Source: Candidatus Komeilibacteria bacterium CG11_big_fil_rev_8_21_14_0_20_36_20
Lineage (GTDB): Bacteria > Patescibacteriota > Patescibacteriia > UBA1558 > GWA2-36-10
Direction of reading: 5' to 3'
NCBI GenBank assembly: GCA_002787405.1
Contig: PCWQ01000013.1
Location: forward strand, 1 to 56,100
DNA length: 56,100 nt
Positions 53,711 through 56,100 of this stretch are shown here, in pieces (the stretch's first letter is position 1; every line of letters starts with the position of its first letter). Made by a program: the position numbers and the translations under genes. The notes under the pieces were generated by a model. The model was not told where the DNA came from. It saw nothing but the letters and a program-made list of their open reading frames with translations, and ran no database searches.

Positions 53711-53712
53711 AA

Positions 53713-54750
53713 TTATTCTTGTTGATCAATACTAAGATCCGGCTTATGCAGAAAAGCAGTGGCTTTATAATAATCAATTGCTTCTCTTAAGCCGTCCTCC
53801 AAACTAACTAAAGGAAACCATCCTAACTCATTTTTAGCTTTACTAATGTCCGGTAAAGCTGACCTGGTCATATATTTATAAGCTTTAGTGTAACTAATGG
53901 TAGAATCAGATTTGGTTAGATCTATGATCTTTTGAGCAACCTCTGTCAAGGTGATGGCTTCGCTGTTGCCTAAATTAACTGGATCGCTGATTTCAGAAGC
54001 CATCAAGAGAATCAAGCCCTCCACAATATCTTTGACATAGCAAAAACTGGAAGCTGTCTTTTTGTCGCCAGCAATCTCCACGGTTTGATTATCTACCGCA
54101 GCTTTAATAAAATCAGGAATTTGCCGACCGCTATGTTGTAGCATCCGCGGACCGTAGGTGCCAAATAATCTGGCAATACTAGTATCTAATTTATAAGTAT
54201 CGCGATAAGTAACCACCAGGGTTTCGGCAAAACGTTTGCCTTCATTATAGCAAGCTCGCGGTCCTAAATAATCCAATAACCCGTAATAATCCTCTTTAAC
54301 TAAACTACCATCTTTAGGTGGACGACCATAGACTGCGGCAGTAGAAGTCAGTAAATATCGGGCTTTATATTTCTTGGCTATTTCTAAACTTTTTATAACC
54401 CCTACTGAATTAGCAATAGCTGTTTGCACTGGAAATTTTGTAAAATCTTTAGGAGCAGTCGGGCAAGCTAAATTATAAATCTCCTGAAAACCTTGCGCGT
54501 CAACTTTAAATTTTTTTAATTCCGGTAAAAGCTGATAATCTATATCTTCGCTAATATCATGTTTGATAAATCTAAAATTTGGATATTCTAAAAGAGACCT
54601 GATATTTTCAACGTCGCTGGAAATAAAATTATCAACACAAACTACATTATTACCTCGCTGCAGTAATTGCTCGCATAAATGTGAACCGACAAATCCAGCC
54701 CCACCCAGAACTAAGATATTTTGATTTTCAATATAAAGTTTGGTAGACAT
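53713..54750 (-). CDS. UDP-glucuronate decarboxylase-like SDR (UXS/ArnA-C-terminal-like)
   Basis: 345 aa. LGGAGFVGSHL and YNEGKRFAETL (UXS-type YxxxK context). Confidence 0.7.
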   Translation of the reverse strand: MSTKLYIENQNILVLGGAGFVGSHLCEQLLQRGNNVVCVDNFISSDVENIRSLLEYPNFRFIKHDISEDIDYQLLPELKKFKVDAQGFQEIYNLACPTAPKDFTKFPVQTAIANSVGVIKSLEIAKKYKARYLLTSTAAVYGRPPKDGSLVKEDYYGLLDYLGPRACYNEGKRFAETLVVTYRDTYKLDTSIARLFGTYGPRMLQHSGRQIPDFIKAAVDNQTVEIAGDKKTASSFCYVKDIVEGLILLMASEISDPVNLGNSEAITLTEVAQKIIDLTKSDSTISYTKAYKYMTRSALPDISKAKNELGWFPLVSLEDGLREAIDYYKATAFLHKPDLSIDQQE

Positions 54751-54770
54751 ATTTTTTATTTTATATTTAA

Positions 54771-55475
54771 TTAATATTTACCCAATAAATCATAAAGACG
54801 AATTTGAAAAAGCTGCAGTAAAGTCAGCGGATAAGAATGCCACTTGACAGTTGAATTAAAATTATTGGACCAGACTATCGGCACTTCCTTGACCTTAAAA
54901 TTATATTTTTTAGCTAAAAAAATCAACTCATAATCAAAGCCAAAACCATTAATTGTCATTTTATTAAAAATGAACTTCATTTTTCCAGGCAACAATTTAA
55001 AACCGCATTGGGTGTCATAAATACCAGGGGCGACAATTAAACGACTTAAAAGATTGCCCGTCTTGCCTAAAAAAATTTTAAACTTACTCTGTCTGATTTT
55101 AATCTCCGATTCAGGCAAAGCTCGTGAACCAATCGCTAAGGTTTCCTGATCAGCATGTTTTAAAAGTTTCGACAATTCCGTAATAGCGGTTGAATTATCG
55201 GCATCCATAAATAAAATTAATTCACCCTTGGCGGCCAATAGACCTTTCTTTACTGTATAGCCCTTGCCGTGATTTTTTAAATTATGTAAAACTTTAACTC
55301 CCGAAATTGATTTAATTAAATTTAAAGTACGGTCGGTTGAATCATCATCAATCACAATTATTTCAAAATTAGAAAAATTATTTTTTAAAAAATCTTTAAC
55401 TTCTCCTACAGTTTGGGTAATAACTTTAGCCTCATTAAAAGCTGGAATAATCACACTAATCTCCATGGCCATCAA
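54771..55475 (-). CDS. Small family-2 glycosyltransferase, polyprenyl-phosphate sugar synthase-like
   Basis: 234 aa. ISVIIPAFNE, IDDDSTDRT, MDADNS and FGFDYELIFLAKK. Confidence 0.7.
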   Translation of the reverse strand: MMAMEISVIIPAFNEAKVITQTVGEVKDFLKNNFSNFEIIVIDDDSTDRTLNLIKSISGVKVLHNLKNHGKGYTVKKGLLAAKGELILFMDADNSTAITELSKLLKHADQETLAIGSRALPESEIKIRQSKFKIFLGKTGNLLSRLIVAPGIYDTQCGFKLLPGKMKFIFNKMTINGFGFDYELIFLAKKYNFKVKEVPIVWSNNFNSTVKWHSYPLTLLQLFQIRLYDLLGKY

Positions 55476-56100
55476 TTATTTAAATAAAACCTCAAAATTA
55501 TAACCATTCTTATCTTCCGGCGGACGTAAATAAAAATTATCTTTTTCCGTACCATTCCAATCGTAGATTCTCAATAAAGAAGCTGATCCTTTATTTGGTA
55601 AAACTAACACCTCTGGGCGGCGATCTCCTGATATATCCCTAGCTAAAACCTTCACACCACCGCTTAGGTTTTGATTATAAGCTAAAAATTCTCCTTTTAA
55701 TGTACCTTTTAAACTAAATAATTTAATTTTTGGCTCTGCATTTTTAGCTGGAATAGCCACTATTTCCGGCCAACCATCATCATTTACGTCACCCACACTA
55801 ATCTTCACTCCCGCCGTCATAGAACTCTCAAAAGCCAAAAAATTTCCTTTGATGAGATGATGATCGTCAAAAACTTTAATCTCCGGCACATAACTACTAA
55901 ACGGTGCTGTTACAATCTCGTCTTTCCCGTCATTGTTAACATCACCAACAGCCAGATTGACTCCGCCGTGAAAATTAGCCTCATAGGCAAAAAATTGAAA
56001 AAGCACTCGGCCTTGATCATCAAAAACCCGAATATGAGGACCACCGCTAGCCATTGGCGCCGTAATGATTTCTAACTGACCATCATTATTGACATCGCCG
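55476..56100 (-). CDS. FG-GAP/VCBS-type repeat protein, 5'-partial (continues beyond the window end)
   Basis: The frame stays open to position 56100 (…GDVNNDGQLEIITAPMASGG…). GDVNNDG/GDVNDDG-x-EIV-x-P ... IKVF units repeat about every 60 aa. The stop abuts the GT2 start with 0-nt spacing. Confidence 0.75.
   Translation of the reverse strand, partial: GDVNNDGQLEIITAPMASGGPHIRVFDDQGRVLFQFFAYEANFHGGVNLAVGDVNNDGKDEIVTAPFSSYVPEIKVFDDHHLIKGNFLAFESSMTAGVKISVGDVNDDGWPEIVAIPAKNAEPKIKLFSLKGTLKGEFLAYNQNLSGGVKVLARDISGDRRPEVLVLPNKGSASLLRIYDWNGTEKDNFYLRPPEDKNGYNFEVLFK

Overview
This is a gene-dense, AT-rich window. A hand count gives 18/60 G+C at 2161-2220. It uses the standard genetic code: TGA acts as a stop in ATGA start/stop overlaps such as 14171-14174. 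Small tightly packed genes, many glycosyltransferases and a minimal cell-wall and translation gene set suggest a reduced Patescibacteria/CPR-like genome; that is inference, not a database result.

Order of content:
(1) 55-1465: a G+C-rich cassette (34/60 G+C at 61-120) with a tyrosine integrase, a small HTH protein and a small ORF. It is followed by a repeat and gene-fragment hot-spot and a hairpin-flanked GIY-YIG nuclease gene.
(2) 2143-5140: two translationally coupled operons of nucleotide house-cleaning enzymes (Maf, three Nudix-type proteins counting 10425-10838, a DNPH1/Rcl-like N-hydrolase, a YjjX-like NTPase), running into a processive GT2 synthase and an S41 protease.
(3) Housekeeping genes: fmt-def, ferritin-like, thpR, tagA-like, gltX, an M23 peptidase, a Xer-like recombinase, ftsQ-like, alr, serS, lysS.
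(4) 23625-31417: a Wzx/Wzy-type polysaccharide locus.
(5) An r-protein/RNA polymerase block: rpsI, rplM, rplQ, rpoA, rpsD, rpsK, rpsM, rpmJ, infA.
(6) A mur/dcw block: murB, an alpha/beta hydrolase, murC, murG, ftsW, murD, mraY.
(7) nifU-like, rmlA, rmlB and HIT genes, then a long glycosylation operon (a GT-C-like membrane protein, GT4 and GT2 enzymes, DUF2304-like, two SDR sugar-nucleotide enzymes) headed by a partial FG-GAP repeat protein.

I found no rRNA, tRNA or CRISPR array by eye.

Most interesting candidates:
- A plus-strand 45-codon hydrophobic ORF with a fold-back RNA structure and its own terminator, antisense to the mur operon (a type I toxin-like locus, or a decayed gene).
- The compact GC-rich integrase cassette.
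- The nucleotide catabolism cluster with a DNPH1-like enzyme.
- An RpoA lacking the alpha C-terminal domain.
- Several TATAAT-N6-ATG promoters that imply leaderless mRNAs.
- A polyprenyl-phosphate/GT-C style surface glycosylation module.

All coordinates of small features were hand-counted and may be off by a base or two.
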